A stretch of 64,000 bases of DNA. It comes from Desulfurococcaceae archaeon. GTDB lineage: Archaea > Thermoproteota > Thermoprotei_A > Sulfolobales > Desulfurococcaceae. The stretch lies in contig JAWAHD010000001.1 in the NCBI GenBank assembly GCA_038889555.1, forward strand, positions 1,016-65,015. The letters are read 5' to 3'. The notes beneath the pieces were generated by a model that did no database searches, was not told the origin of the DNA, and was given only the letters and a program-made list of their open reading frames with translations. Positions 25,501-34,352 of the stretch are shown here, piece after piece; position 1 is the first letter of the stretch, and each line of letters starts with the position of its first letter. The position numbers were made by a program, and so were the translations under genes.

Positions 25501-26100
25501 TTGGTTCAGGTGTACTATTTGCTCTATGAAATTGTTTTTCATGGTAGAGGAGGTCAGGGTGCTGTAACAGCGTCGAACATTTTGGTTCAAGCAGCGATAT
25601 TTGAGAACCTCTATGGACAGAGCTTTCCATTCTTTGGTGCTGAGAGAAGAGGTGCACCCGTTGTAGCTTATGCAAGAATAAGTGACAAACCTATTCTAAG
25701 GCATAGTAACATAAGAGAAGCAGATGTTGTTGTTGTGCTGGATAGCAGTTTACTTAAGTTGGGCGTAGTAAGGAAAACACGAATAAGACATAACGGAATT
25801 CTTATTGTTAACACCGAAGAGAGCACCGTTGATAAGACATGGTTTAGCAGCGAAGACGTTGTTCGGGTTTACGTCGTCAACGCCACGAAAATAGCTATAG
25901 AGATGGGGCTTGTTTTAGCAGGGTGGCCCTTAGTGAATACACCTATGCTGGGTGCAATCTCAAAAGCCCTGGGGATTATCTCCATGAATAGCGTAGAGAA
26001 AGCTATTATTGAATACTTTGGTGAGAGAGCTGGAAGGAAAAACGTTGAAGCAGCATTTAGAGCTTACAACGAAACTATGTATTTGGGAGAGGTGATCTAA
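25501..26100 (+). CDS. porG: 2-oxoacid (pyruvate-type):ferredoxin oxidoreductase gamma subunit
   Basis: EIVFHGRGGQGAVTASNILVQAA...FPFFGAERRGAPVVAYARI is the gamma-subunit signature. The start codon is uncertain (TTG 25501 or GTG 25510). POR versus VOR specificity cannot be decided from sequence reading. Confidence 0.85.
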   Translation: MVQVYYLLYEIVFHGRGGQGAVTASNILVQAAIFENLYGQSFPFFGAERRGAPVVAYARISDKPILRHSNIREADVVVVLDSSLLKLGVVRKTRIRHNGILIVNTEESTVDKTWFSSEDVVRVYVVNATKIAIEMGLVLAGWPLVNTPMLGAISKALGIISMNSVEKAIIEYFGERAGRKNVEAAFRAYNETMYLGEVI

Positions 26101-26376
26101 GTGAAAGTTGAAAACGTAGTAGCCTGGAAATACCCTCACTCGAAACCCGTAAAGGGAGTTGCTGGTAAGACTGGTCTTTGGCGAACACAAAAACCAATCG
26201 TTGATGCGAACAAGTGTACAAGGTGTTATCAGTGTGAGATCTTCTGCCCGGGGATCTGCATAAGGGTTGAGGCTGAATCAGGTGCTGTAATTGATTACGA
26301 TTACTGCAAGGGTTGCGGGATATGCGCGGACGTGTGTCCGGCTAGAGCTATAACAATGATCCCCGAACATGGGTGA
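26101..26376 (+). CDS. porD: 2-oxoacid:ferredoxin oxidoreductase delta subunit (2x[4Fe-4S])
   Basis: CTRCYQCEIFCP and CKGCGICADVCP ferredoxin motifs. GTG start abutting the gamma stop. Confidence 0.88.
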   Translation: MKVENVVAWKYPHSKPVKGVAGKTGLWRTQKPIVDANKCTRCYQCEIFCPGICIRVEAESGAVIDYDYCKGCGICADVCPARAITMIPEHG

Positions 26377-27572
26377 ACAGTGTGAGTGTTAAGAGGCTCG
26401 CTTTAACAGGAAACCACGCTATAGCGTACGCTGTTAAGTACGCGAAACCCCAAGTTATAGCAGCTTATCCAATAACACCTCAAACACCTATTGTGGAAAA
26501 GCTATCGGAGTTCATAGAGTTAGGTGAGCTTAAAGCAACAATGATCAGAGTTGAGTCAGAGCACTCTGCTCTTGCGGCTTGTTTTGGTGCATCAATAGCG
26601 GGTGCTAGAACCTTCACAGCAACGAGTAGTCAGGGATTACTCTACATGCACGAGGTTGTACACTGGGTCTCTAGAGCTAGAGCACCCGTAGTTATGGCTA
26701 TCGTTTCAAGAACAATAAACACACCGTGGAATATATGGCCTGATCACAGCGATTTCGTGGATCAGCGTGATGCCGGGTGGATAATGTCTTATGCCATGGA
26801 CTCACAGGAAGCATTCGATCTAACACTGCAGGCATTCAAGATAAGTGAACACCCGATGGTGTATTTACCAGTTATGGTCGGTATAGAGGGGTTCATTGTA
26901 GGGCACACGGCTACGCCGGTGGATTTACCCGATGAGAAGCTCGTTGATGAGTGGTTGGGTGAAAGAAAGCAACCCTATGTTATCGACGGCTCTGAACCCA
27001 TAGGACTAGGAAACCTCGCACTTCCCGAGGATACAGAGGACATGTTCTACGGCATACAGGAAGCTATGGAGAACTCCAAGAAAGTGATAAAGGAAGTGGA
27101 CGAGGAATACGGTAAATTGTTTGGTAGAAGATACGGCGGGCTTGTAAGTTGCTATAACTGTAGCGATGCCAAGTACATAGCTATTGCTATGGGTGCTTGG
27201 ACGGGGGACCTTATTGAGGCAGCATTAAAGCTGAGAAATGAAGGTTACCCGGTGGGTGTTCTAAGAATAAGGTATTACAGACCGTTCCCAGCTGATGATA
27301 TATGGAATTACGTAAGCAACACTAAGGGTATCGTGGTGTTCGACAGAGCTATTAGCTTCGGTGCGTGGGGACCATTATATACCGATCTCGTTGCAGGGCT
27401 TACTCTTCATAGTGCGAAGTTGCCGGTTATAGTAAACGTAGTAGCAGGAATAGCTGGTGTAGACGTTTCACCGGAGGACTTTAACCTGATACTCAAGTCG
27501 TTCATAGATAAAATAGAGAAGGGTGAATACACAGGTAGAAACTTCTTCACGTGGGAGAAGGTTAGAAGGTGA
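26373..27572 (+). CDS. porA: 2-oxoacid:ferredoxin oxidoreductase alpha subunit
   Basis: LTGNHAIAYAVKYAKPQVIAAYPITPQT...ESEHSALAACFGASIAGARTFTATSSQGL. 4-nt overlap with delta. Confidence 0.9.
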   Translation: MNSVSVKRLALTGNHAIAYAVKYAKPQVIAAYPITPQTPIVEKLSEFIELGELKATMIRVESEHSALAACFGASIAGARTFTATSSQGLLYMHEVVHWVSRARAPVVMAIVSRTINTPWNIWPDHSDFVDQRDAGWIMSYAMDSQEAFDLTLQAFKISEHPMVYLPVMVGIEGFIVGHTATPVDLPDEKLVDEWLGERKQPYVIDGSEPIGLGNLALPEDTEDMFYGIQEAMENSKKVIKEVDEEYGKLFGRRYGGLVSCYNCSDAKYIAIAMGAWTGDLIEAALKLRNEGYPVGVLRIRYYRPFPADDIWNYVSNTKGIVVFDRAISFGAWGPLYTDLVAGLTLHSAKLPVIVNVVAGIAGVDVSPEDFNLILKSFIDKIEKGEYTGRNFFTWEKVRR

Positions 27573-28507
27573 GACACGTGAGTACGTCCACGTCTAAGGT
27601 GAAACCCCCGCTTCCCTATGCATCAAGAGATTACCTCTACCCAGGAGACGCTGCGTGCCCAGGTTGTCCTATTCCAATTGCATGGAAAACTCTAATAGCA
27701 GCTCTTGGAGGCAGGATCATAGTTGTTGTACCAGCATGTTGTACTTCAATAGTTGTGGGGCCGTATCCTGGTCAAGCTTACGGCGTGAGCATAGTGCATG
27801 TTCCCTTTGCAGCGGCAGCAGCAGTAGCATCTGGAATAGCGAGTAGCCTCGAAGAGAGAGGTATAAGAGATGTTCATGTTGTTGTCTGGGCTGGTGACGG
27901 AGGGACAGCCGATATAGGCATGGCAACAGTTAGCGGAGCTGCGGAGAGAAACGACAACATAATTTACGTGATGTACGATAACGAAGCATACATGAATACC
28001 GGTATTCAGAGAAGCTCTTCAACACCTAGGGGTGCTTGGACTACTACTACGCCAATACTGGGTAAGCAGGAGAACAAGAAGGATGTTGCAAGAATAATGA
28101 TAGCTCACGGAGTCCCCTACGTGGCAACAGCGAGCATAGGGTATCCACACGACTTCTACAGTAAGTTGCAGAGAGCTAAGAACATTAGAGGATTTAGATT
28201 CATACATTTACACGCTCCATGCCCAATCGGATGGAGATTCGACCCTATGTATACAGTGAGGATCGCTAAGTTGGCTGTTGAAACAGGCATGTGGATACTA
28301 TACGAGTACCATAATGGAAAAGCGGTTATTTCACCGCCAAGCAGACCATACGCAGACCCATCCAAGAGAAAACCCATAGAAGAGTACTTAAGACTACAGG
28401 GAAGATTTAGAAGCATTGATTTCCAGCTAATCAATGAAATGAAAAGCTACGTTGATGAAAACTGGAAATGGATTATGAAATTAACATCTGTGGATACAAC
28501 CTCATGA
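27569..28507 (+). CDS. porB: 2-oxoacid:ferredoxin oxidoreductase beta subunit (TPP-binding)
   Basis: ACPGCP Cys motif and the TPP motif GDGGTADIGMATVSGAAERNDNIIYVMYDNEAYMNTG. 4-nt overlap with alpha. Confidence 0.9.
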   Translation: MRHVSTSTSKVKPPLPYASRDYLYPGDAACPGCPIPIAWKTLIAALGGRIIVVVPACCTSIVVGPYPGQAYGVSIVHVPFAAAAAVASGIASSLEERGIRDVHVVVWAGDGGTADIGMATVSGAAERNDNIIYVMYDNEAYMNTGIQRSSSTPRGAWTTTTPILGKQENKKDVARIMIAHGVPYVATASIGYPHDFYSKLQRAKNIRGFRFIHLHAPCPIGWRFDPMYTVRIAKLAVETGMWILYEYHNGKAVISPPSRPYADPSKRKPIEEYLRLQGRFRSIDFQLINEMKSYVDENWKWIMKLTSVDTTS

Positions 28508-29040
28508 ACGCCGATACGCTAAACGTATTGGTTGATCTTGCTTGCAAATTTGGGCACACTACACGATTAGCCAAGATTCTCAAAAACGCAGGAATAGATT
28601 TTAGAATCATATCATATGATACACTTAGAGTAAGAGAAAAAGTTTTTCTCAGTAAATCCTTTGAAGACGCTGTAAACAAGGTGCTCCATGTTTTCGATCA
28701 GATAAAAAATAACAAGGATCTCTGGAATACAGCATGCGTAGAAGTATGGATCGAATCCAGTAGCGATCACACGGTTAAGCCTTCGATCATAAAATACGAT
28801 GAGCTATGCATCTATGTGAGAAGAGGCACGAGGGGCAAAATGGTATTCAAGGTCGCGTGGATTGAGCCCTGTAAACAGGTAGCAGGAGAACTCATTCCAG
28901 AGAGTATCACAAGGTTTTGTTTCTCCGATCCGAACACTATAACCTCTATAAAGAACTTTGTTTTAAAGTTTACGGGTTCACTCCAACCGGTACGGGAATA
29001 CGTAATGAGATCCTCATGCAGGGAACGCGAAATCTGTTAA
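28504..29040 (+). CDS. hypothetical protein (about 178 aa) translationally coupled to porB
   Basis: ORF 28468-29040. The in-frame ATG at 28504 overlaps the porB TGA (ATGA). No motif recognised. Confidence 0.5.
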   Translation: MNADTLNVLVDLACKFGHTTRLAKILKNAGIDFRIISYDTLRVREKVFLSKSFEDAVNKVLHVFDQIKNNKDLWNTACVEVWIESSSDHTVKPSIIKYDELCIYVRRGTRGKMVFKVAWIEPCKQVAGELIPESITRFCFSDPNTITSIKNFVLKFTGSLQPVREYVMRSSCREREIC

Positions 29041-29071
29041 AACCCCTTTGAATAAATCATCATATATTGTA

Positions 29072-29159
29072 GGGCCCGTCGTCTAGCCTGGCTAGGATGC
29101 GGGGTTCGGGACTTAAGCGGAAATCCCCGTGACCCGGGGTTCAAATCCCCGCGGGCCCA
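29072..29159 (+). tRNA. tRNA-Pro (anticodon CGG) with about 13-nt intron next to the anticodon loop
   Basis: Acceptor GGGCCCG/CGGGCCC and discriminator A. D-arm GTCT-AGCCTGGCTA-GGAT. Anticodon stem CGGGG/CCCCG with loop TTCGGGA, interrupted by about 13 nt (CTTAAGCGGAAAT). T-arm CGGGG-TTCAAAT-CCCCG. Folded by hand. Confidence 0.85.
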
Positions 29160-29160
29160 C

Positions 29161-29589
29161 TTGCAATCACACTGTGAATTAGTGATTACGTTGTCAATCA
29201 GGAAGACTAGGGAGGAGCTTCGTGCACTCGATAGTACTAAGGTAGCATCAATTCTTCCAAGTGTATATGAATTCCGGTTTGTAAAGTTGGCTATCCTTGG
29301 TAATACTTCTCAACAGACACTCTGGATTTACATGGGAAGGAGCTCGGATTATCTGGTGGTTCCGGGGTATTTCTGCAGTTGCATGAACTTTGTAGTGAGA
29401 ACCGTTATTAACAAGACATCACCTTACTGTAAGCACCTAGCAGGTGTTCAAATAGCCATGAAGGCGAAAAAGTACGTCGTTCTGCATGTTGATGTTGAAA
29501 AGTCAGCTGTAATAATAGCTGAAATACTGGAGAATGGGTTTTCGTCAACACTAAGAAAATTGCTGAGCAGGGGGAAACAAACAAGTTGA
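29161..29589 (+). CDS. SWIM zinc-finger domain protein
   Basis: CxC-x(n)-CxH signature: YFCSCMNFVVRTVINKTSPYCKHLAGV. The start is uncertain (TTG 29161 abuts the tRNA; in-frame GTG at 29182). Confidence 0.6.
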   Translation: MQSHCELVITLSIRKTREELRALDSTKVASILPSVYEFRFVKLAILGNTSQQTLWIYMGRSSDYLVVPGYFCSCMNFVVRTVINKTSPYCKHLAGVQIAMKAKKYVVLHVDVEKSAVIIAEILENGFSSTLRKLLSRGKQTS

Positions 29590-29674
29590 CAACTTGAGCA
29601 AAACATATGATATAAGCTAGATTAACCCTAATACATAACACACGAAGCAAGCACATTTAAGTATGGTGTGATAA

Positions 29675-29950
29675 ATGGGTCGCAGAAGAAAGAGAAGAAG
29701 AACCATAGTTAAGAGGGTTGTTAAAATACCAATAGTGTTCGATTGCCCCAATTGCGCATCCAAGAGCTTAACCATTACAATAAAGAAGAGCGGTGATAAA
29801 GCATCAGCTCTTGTATCATGTAGTTCGTGTGGATTGCTTGATGATGAGGATTTTGCCGAGATACCTGTATTTTATGAAACTGTTGACGTGTACGCTAAGT
29901 TCTTAGATCTTTACAGCAGCGGGCAAGCAAAGGTGAAGATGATGAAGTAA
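29675..29950 (+). CDS. elf1: transcription elongation factor Elf1 homologue
   Basis: Basic N-terminus MGRRRKRRRTIVKRVVKIP, zinc ribbon CPNC-x21-CSSC, and TVDVYAKFLDLY resembling the eukaryotic Elf1 VDVYSDWFD motif. Crenarchaeal Elf1 homologues are known. Confidence 0.7.
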   Translation: MGRRRKRRRTIVKRVVKIPIVFDCPNCASKSLTITIKKSGDKASALVSCSSCGLLDDEDFAEIPVFYETVDVYAKFLDLYSSGQAKVKMMK

Positions 29951-29966
29951 TGGAGAGGGGGGCATC

Positions 29967-30710
29967 TTGGGAAAGGTACATGAGTACATCATAGCGAAGA
30001 TCAGCTCTGGCGAGAAATTACATTTTACACTAGTTGATCCCGACAAGGTAGGAGATCTTGAAAACCTAGAAGCGCTATCTCAGAAGATGGTTAGTGCTGG
30101 AACAGACGGATTTCTCATAGGGGGAAGTATTGGTGTTACACCAGAGGAATCGAGTAATGTTGCTAGAGTACTAAAAAAACACGGTTTACCTGTGATAGTA
30201 TTTCCAGGCAACATTAACTGCTTAACCCCTGAAGCGGATGCTGTACTATTCATGATTTTAATGAATACTCTAGAACCCTACTACTTGATTCAGGCACAGG
30301 TTGCAGCAGCCCCTATTATAGCTAAGTACAGACTCGAGACTTTGCCAACGGGTTACCTCGTAGTAGACCAAGGTACTGCTGTTGCACATATTGGAAGAAT
30401 ACACCCCATACCCAGGAACAAGCCTGAGCTCGTAGTAGCCTATGCTTTAGCGGCTGAAATGCTTGGCTTGAAGTACTTGTACCTCGAGGCTGGAAGTGGA
30501 GCTTCTGAGCCCGTTCCTTCATCATTTCCTCAGATGGTTAAGAGGTTCACAAAGCTTATAACGATAGTTGGTGGAGGCATAAGAAGTCCGGATACCGCTA
30601 GATTGCTCGTTAACTCTGGTGCAGATATAATAGTAACAGGTACTATAGTAGAAAAGGATGCACACTTAGCCGAAAAAATAGTCAAGAGTATAAAAGAGCG
30701 TAATCAATAG
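29967..30710 (+). CDS. geranylgeranylglyceryl phosphate synthase (GGGPS/PcrB family)
   Basis: LHFTLVDPDK, GTDGFLIGGS, YLYLEAGSGA and VGGGIRSPD are the TIM-barrel GGGPS motifs. TTG start. Confidence 0.85.
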   Translation: MGKVHEYIIAKISSGEKLHFTLVDPDKVGDLENLEALSQKMVSAGTDGFLIGGSIGVTPEESSNVARVLKKHGLPVIVFPGNINCLTPEADAVLFMILMNTLEPYYLIQAQVAAAPIIAKYRLETLPTGYLVVDQGTAVAHIGRIHPIPRNKPELVVAYALAAEMLGLKYLYLEAGSGASEPVPSSFPQMVKRFTKLITIVGGGIRSPDTARLLVNSGADIIVTGTIVEKDAHLAEKIVKSIKERNQ

Positions 30711-30985
30711 CCACTAGAATTCCCATACTTCTTTCTGAAGGCCTCTTCCAGGTTTACATTGAGCAAATTGGCTATGCTCAATAGCCACGCGAAGACATCA
30801 GCCAGTTCTTCTTCAATGGCATCCTTATTCATCTTTATTATAGCATCAGCCAGTTCTCCAACTTCCTCTATGAACCATGTGAACGTAGCATAAAGACCCC
30901 TTATTGAATCTCTCTCGTAGTAGTTTTTCCTTATTGTTTCCTGGGCTTTTGCTATATCCATGGCCATTGTCACCTTAACAGACAT
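30704..30985 (-). CDS. MazG-like nucleotide pyrophosphohydrolase (small, single domain)
   Basis: The EExGE...EExxD pattern: FIEEVGELADAI...EEELADVFAWLLSIANLLNVNLEEAFRKKY. Confidence 0.75.
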   Translation of the reverse strand: MSVKVTMAMDIAKAQETIRKNYYERDSIRGLYATFTWFIEEVGELADAIIKMNKDAIEEELADVFAWLLSIANLLNVNLEEAFRKKYGNSSGY

Positions 30986-31030
30986 ATTTTTATTTATGTA
31001 TATTCATAAGCATCTACCGGGTGGAACAGA

Positions 31031-31210
31031 GTGAGTAAGAGAAAGGATAAGAAAAGATCTCCCGCTGTTTTCTCAGCTGCTGGTTTAGTGAGGTTTTTCG
31101 AAGAAAGCGAAGCAAAGGTGTCTCTAAAGCCACATCTAATAATAATCTTAGCATTAATCTTCGTTGCGATCATCATAGCCTTATCGAAGCTTTTACCACC
31201 TTCCGTGTAA
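31031..31210 (+). CDS. secG: preprotein translocase subunit Sec61beta (archaeal SecG)
   Basis: Not in the ORF track; the listed 30994-31176 ORF is its antisense shadow. The GTG start gives (M)SKRKDKKRSPAVFSAAGLVRFFEESEAKVSLKPHLIIILALIFVAIIIALSKLLPPSV. This is the SAAGL(V/I)R(F/Y)F motif plus a C-terminal TM anchor. Confidence 0.75.
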   Translation: MSKRKDKKRSPAVFSAAGLVRFFEESEAKVSLKPHLIIILALIFVAIIIALSKLLPPSV

Positions 31211-31289
31211 AATGCAGACTGCTGGGAAGTTTTAGATCACGAGCTTTAGGCTCAAATAATGCTCTCACGCAAAAGTGGGTTCTCATCTA

Positions 31290-31338
31290 TCAGAAACACG
31301 GACCCTCGTCACTGTTCTGATAAGTGGCGATTCATCAT
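31290..31338 (-). ncRNA. C/D-box sRNA candidate 1
   Basis: The - strand reads AUGAUGA(C)-AUCGCCACUUAU-CAGA(D')-ACA-GUGACGA(C')-GGGUCCGUGUUU-CUGA(D), with exact 12-nt guides. The D guide is complementary to the LSU rRNA segment AAACACGGACC (recalled from the conserved GUCUUGAAACACGGACC region). Confidence 0.6.
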
Positions 31339-31426
31339 CATGTTTAAACCTTACTTGAGGGCTTAATATAGCTGGTTTAGGTAAGTTAAGAAGTTTAGTC
31401 TAAGTAATAGTAAGATTTTAACCCCA

Positions 31427-32194
31427 ATGCAGGTTGTATACCGTGTACTAGGAGTGGTGAAGTGCTTAGTGACGAGAGCAAAGAATCAAGGCTCGGGCGC
31501 TCGAAAAATGATTATCATACAAGTAGCGTCGCTGATCACGCTTGCGTTGCTATCTGCATTAACTCCGCGCGAGTACCTATGGTTAGTGTTTCTACTTTAC
31601 TTCGTAGTTATTATGGCTATAACCTCTAAGAGCGTTATGAAAGCTGCAAAAAAAGTAGATAAGCCCAGAAGCCTACTACTATTCGAGGAGAAGAATACTG
31701 CTGTTGCTATGTCAAGCGATGCTGTACTCCTGAACGAGCTTAAAAAGCAAATGAGCACAACTATGCTATCACTCATGTTACCACTAATACTGTTCCTGGC
31801 GTTTACACCACTATACTGGCAGTACGTGCACCCCACTCTACTTCAAGTACTTAATAATATCTTCAGCTACGATTTTCTTGTGTTGTTTATAGCATACCTA
31901 GTGTTCTACTCGATACTGATACTCATGTCACTTGGAACACGGCGCTTACTGCTAAAGTCTACAAAAATGGAGAAGCAGATACTGATACCACGAAGCTTTG
32001 CTGTGTATAGAGATGGTGTCATAGCAGATGGCAGATTCTTTGAGTTTACCAGCGATATGTGCTATGAGGTTAACACAGCTAGAAGGTTTGCAGCTATCTA
32101 CAGCAAAAACCTACCATTCATTATAAGACTCTACACGCTTGAGGCTTCTAAATTGAAGAACGCTTTGAAGGAGGTTAAGATAAGTGAGTGTTAA
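31427..32194 (+). CDS. membrane protein, function unknown
   Basis: About 4-5 hydrophobic helices followed by a soluble C-terminal domain. The true start is possibly the ATG at 31508 (MIIIQVASLITLALL). Confidence 0.5.
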   Translation: MQVVYRVLGVVKCLVTRAKNQGSGARKMIIIQVASLITLALLSALTPREYLWLVFLLYFVVIMAITSKSVMKAAKKVDKPRSLLLFEEKNTAVAMSSDAVLLNELKKQMSTTMLSLMLPLILFLAFTPLYWQYVHPTLLQVLNNIFSYDFLVLFIAYLVFYSILILMSLGTRRLLLKSTKMEKQILIPRSFAVYRDGVIADGRFFEFTSDMCYEVNTARRFAAIYSKNLPFIIRLYTLEASKLKNALKEVKISEC

Positions 32195-32429
32195 TAGGAA
32201 GCGCGTTTGCTTGGTTTGTGGTAGAGTATTCCCGGAAGGGCAAGGAGTTGTGATTAGATTCAACAATGAGATTCTAGAATTCCACAGTAATAAGTGTTTT
32301 GCCAAGTTTGCAAGAGCACTACTCGAGAGGCTTCCTTCAAACGAAGTTAAAGGCTACATCAAGAGACTCAAAGACGAATTCGAAGAAACCATAAATCAGA
32401 GAACAAAACTTAAGATCAAAAAACTATAA
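32184..32429 (+). CDS. small zinc-ribbon protein (L24e/TRASH-like C2HC pattern)
   Basis: CLVCGRVFPEGQGVVIRFNNEILEFHSNKC resembles the L24e/TRASH CxxC-x(19-22)-(C/H)xxxC layout. 11-nt overlap with the upstream gene. Confidence 0.5.
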   Translation: MSVNRKRVCLVCGRVFPEGQGVVIRFNNEILEFHSNKCFAKFARALLERLPSNEVKGYIKRLKDEFEETINQRTKLKIKKL

Positions 32430-32452
32430 GAAACCTTAACTTATGTACTTAA

Positions 32453-32517
32453 TTGAAATGATGAAACTTGCCCCGTTGGACTTAGACAGGATGAAGATAT
32501 TATCGCGGCCTGATCAA
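32453..32517 (+). ncRNA. C/D-box sRNA candidate 2
   Basis: UUGA-A-AUGAUGA(C)-AACUUGCCCCGU-UGGA(D', degenerate)-10 nt-AUGAAGA(C')-UAUUAUCGCGGC-CUGA(D)-UCAA. There is a 4-bp terminal stem UUGA/UCAA. The D guide pairs 12/12 (one G-U) with the universal 16S 530-loop GCCGCGGUAAUA. Sits in a convergent gap. Confidence 0.6.
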
Positions 32518-32765
32518 CTGCTTTGCTGATTTTTGAGTTTTTCTGCTAAAATAGACCTGATTCTTTCTAGCGAGTCCTTATCTAGATTTGCTTGAGCAAG
32601 TATACTTAGAGCTTTCCTCAAGGCTTCCTCCTCGCTGGGGGCACTCACGTTTATCACAATGTTTGTTCCTTCAACGCGGATTCTGTAGCGTTTCTCGTTG
32701 AAAAGCTCATAGACTTCTACTACTTTTAGCTCGTTTCTTGAGATCAAGATTACACCTTGTCCCAA
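32514..32765 (-). CDS. hypothetical protein (83 aa)
   Basis: ORF overlapping the HIT gene 3' end by 16 nt, so probably co-transcribed. No motif recognised. Confidence 0.45.
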   Translation of the reverse strand: MGQGVILISRNELKVVEVYELFNEKRYRIRVEGTNIVINVSAPSEEEALRKALSILAQANLDKDSLERIRSILAEKLKNQQSS

Positions 32766-33241
32766 ATCGACTTAAGGAGACTATAAGATTCTTGAAGTGC
32801 CATGGGTAGTGTTTTTGTATTAGCTATTATTGCTATGAAGTTCGTATCTCCAACCCATCTAGGTACAACGTGGACGTGAAAGTGATCGGGAATGCCAGCT
32901 CCCGCAGCTCTTCCAATGTTAGCACCAATGTTAAATCCATCTGGCTTAAACGCCTCCCTGAGTACTTTCATGGATTTTTTCACCAGGATCATCATCTCTA
33001 GTAGAGTTTCCTCGTCGAGTTCGAGAATATCACCTGTGTGCTTGTAAGATGCTATCATAAGATGTCCAGTGTTGTAGGGGTATGCGTTCAGGAGTACGAA
33101 TGATCTACTTCCTCTGTGTAGAATAAGCGCATCCTCGTCTTTTTCGCCCTGAACTCTGCAAAACAAGCACTCTTCTGTTTTATGCTTGTTTGTGAACTTC
33201 TTTATGTACTCATATCTCCACGGATTCCAGAGGATCTGCAT
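32750..33241 (-). CDS. HIT-family nucleotide hydrolase/transferase
   Basis: Histidine triad HFHVHVVPR. NAYPYNTGHLMI and an N-terminal NPWRYEYI segment. Confidence 0.8.
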   Translation of the reverse strand: MQILWNPWRYEYIKKFTNKHKTEECLFCRVQGEKDEDALILHRGSRSFVLLNAYPYNTGHLMIASYKHTGDILELDEETLLEMMILVKKSMKVLREAFKPDGFNIGANIGRAAGAGIPDHFHVHVVPRWVGDTNFIAIIANTKTLPMALQESYSLLKSIWDKV

Positions 33242-33244
33242 TGT

Positions 33245-34246
33245 TTAACGCCGTGGCGAGAGCTCTTCCACGTCGCGAATACCATCATCTGTTATTGCGA
33301 ACTCGGCTTCGCCTTCTGGTAGGTGTGGTGCATCTACTACACGGGCAATTCTCTTGTTTCCTCGTATTTTTCTAAGCTGAACCCTAACGCCTGGAACATG
33401 AGCGAGAACATGCCCTCCTACGGCAATTATGGGGTCGCCGTAGAACACGTCTGGTCTAGCCATAACTTGGTTGGTAACAACAACGGCTATGTTGTAGGCT
33501 TCTGCTAACCTCATTAGCTGATGTAAATGAGCGTTTAGCTTCTGCTGTCTCTCAGCTAAGTGCTCTCTACCTGGGTATTCAGCTCTGAAGTGGCTAGTTA
33601 CACTATCTATTACTACGAGCTTAACGTTGTTCTTAGGAACGAAGGAGAATAGCTCTTCGATTATAGACATCTGGTGGTCGCTATTATAAGCTCTAATGTA
33701 GTATATGTTGTCCATAGTCGTATCTGGGTCTAGTCCGAGAGATCTCGCCATAGCTTCTATTCTCTCCCACCTGAACGTGCCCTCGGTGTCGATGTAAACA
33801 GCTTTACCTAAGAGACCTCCTCTCTCGAATGGTAGCTGAACATTTACGCTTAACTGCATGCAGAGCTGTGTTTTACCGCTTCCATACTCGCCAAAGAACT
33901 CCGTTATAGTCTTGGTCTCTATACCACCACCTAGCAGGTCATCAAGGGATTTACTACCAGTTGTAATTTTCCTAACAGCAAGTCTCTCCTGCTTAACCTC
34001 GCGCGCTGTTTTGAACCTTATACCAAGCATTCTCCTAGCGTTCTCGATGATCTTTTGAGCTGTAAGAGCTGGGATACCGGTTTTCTCGGCGAGCTCGTCA
34101 GCTCTAGCAACTACGAGACTCCATGCAGAAGCATAACCAGCAGCTTCAAGCTTTTCAGCTATAGCCGGATTTACACCTGGTACTTCCCTTACAGAGATGA
34201 ATCCTACTTCTCCGTGCTTAGAGTCTTGAGGCTTCTGAGATGTCAC
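33245..34246 (-). CDS. radA: DNA repair and recombination protein RadA
   Basis: N-terminal HhH region ([14 protein letters not shown]), Walker [17 protein letters not shown], Walker [13 protein letters not shown]. 333 aa. Confidence 0.95.
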   Translation of the reverse strand: MTSQKPQDSKHGEVGFISVREVPGVNPAIAEKLEAAGYASAWSLVVARADELAEKTGIPALTAQKIIENARRMLGIRFKTAREVKQERLAVRKITTGSKSLDDLLGGGIETKTITEFFGEYGSGKTQLCMQLSVNVQLPFERGGLLGKAVYIDTEGTFRWERIEAMARSLGLDPDTTMDNIYYIRAYNSDHQMSIIEELFSFVPKNNVKLVVIDSVTSHFRAEYPGREHLAERQQKLNAHLHQLMRLAEAYNIAVVVTNQVMARPDVFYGDPIIAVGGHVLAHVPGVRVQLRKIRGNKRIARVVDAPHLPEGEAEFAITDDGIRDVEELSPRR

Positions 34247-34352
34247 TCGGGATCCCCATGTAGTTGTGTATTTTTAAAAGGCGTTTAATATAGTAGGGTA
34301 TACTTTTAAGAATAATTTGAATTATAGTTGGATACATGAGGGTTTCTGAGAG

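Noticed and set aside
30994-31176. 60-aa - strand ORF listed in the track.
   Set aside because: It is antisense to a clearly recognisable Sec61beta gene on the + strand (31031-31210).
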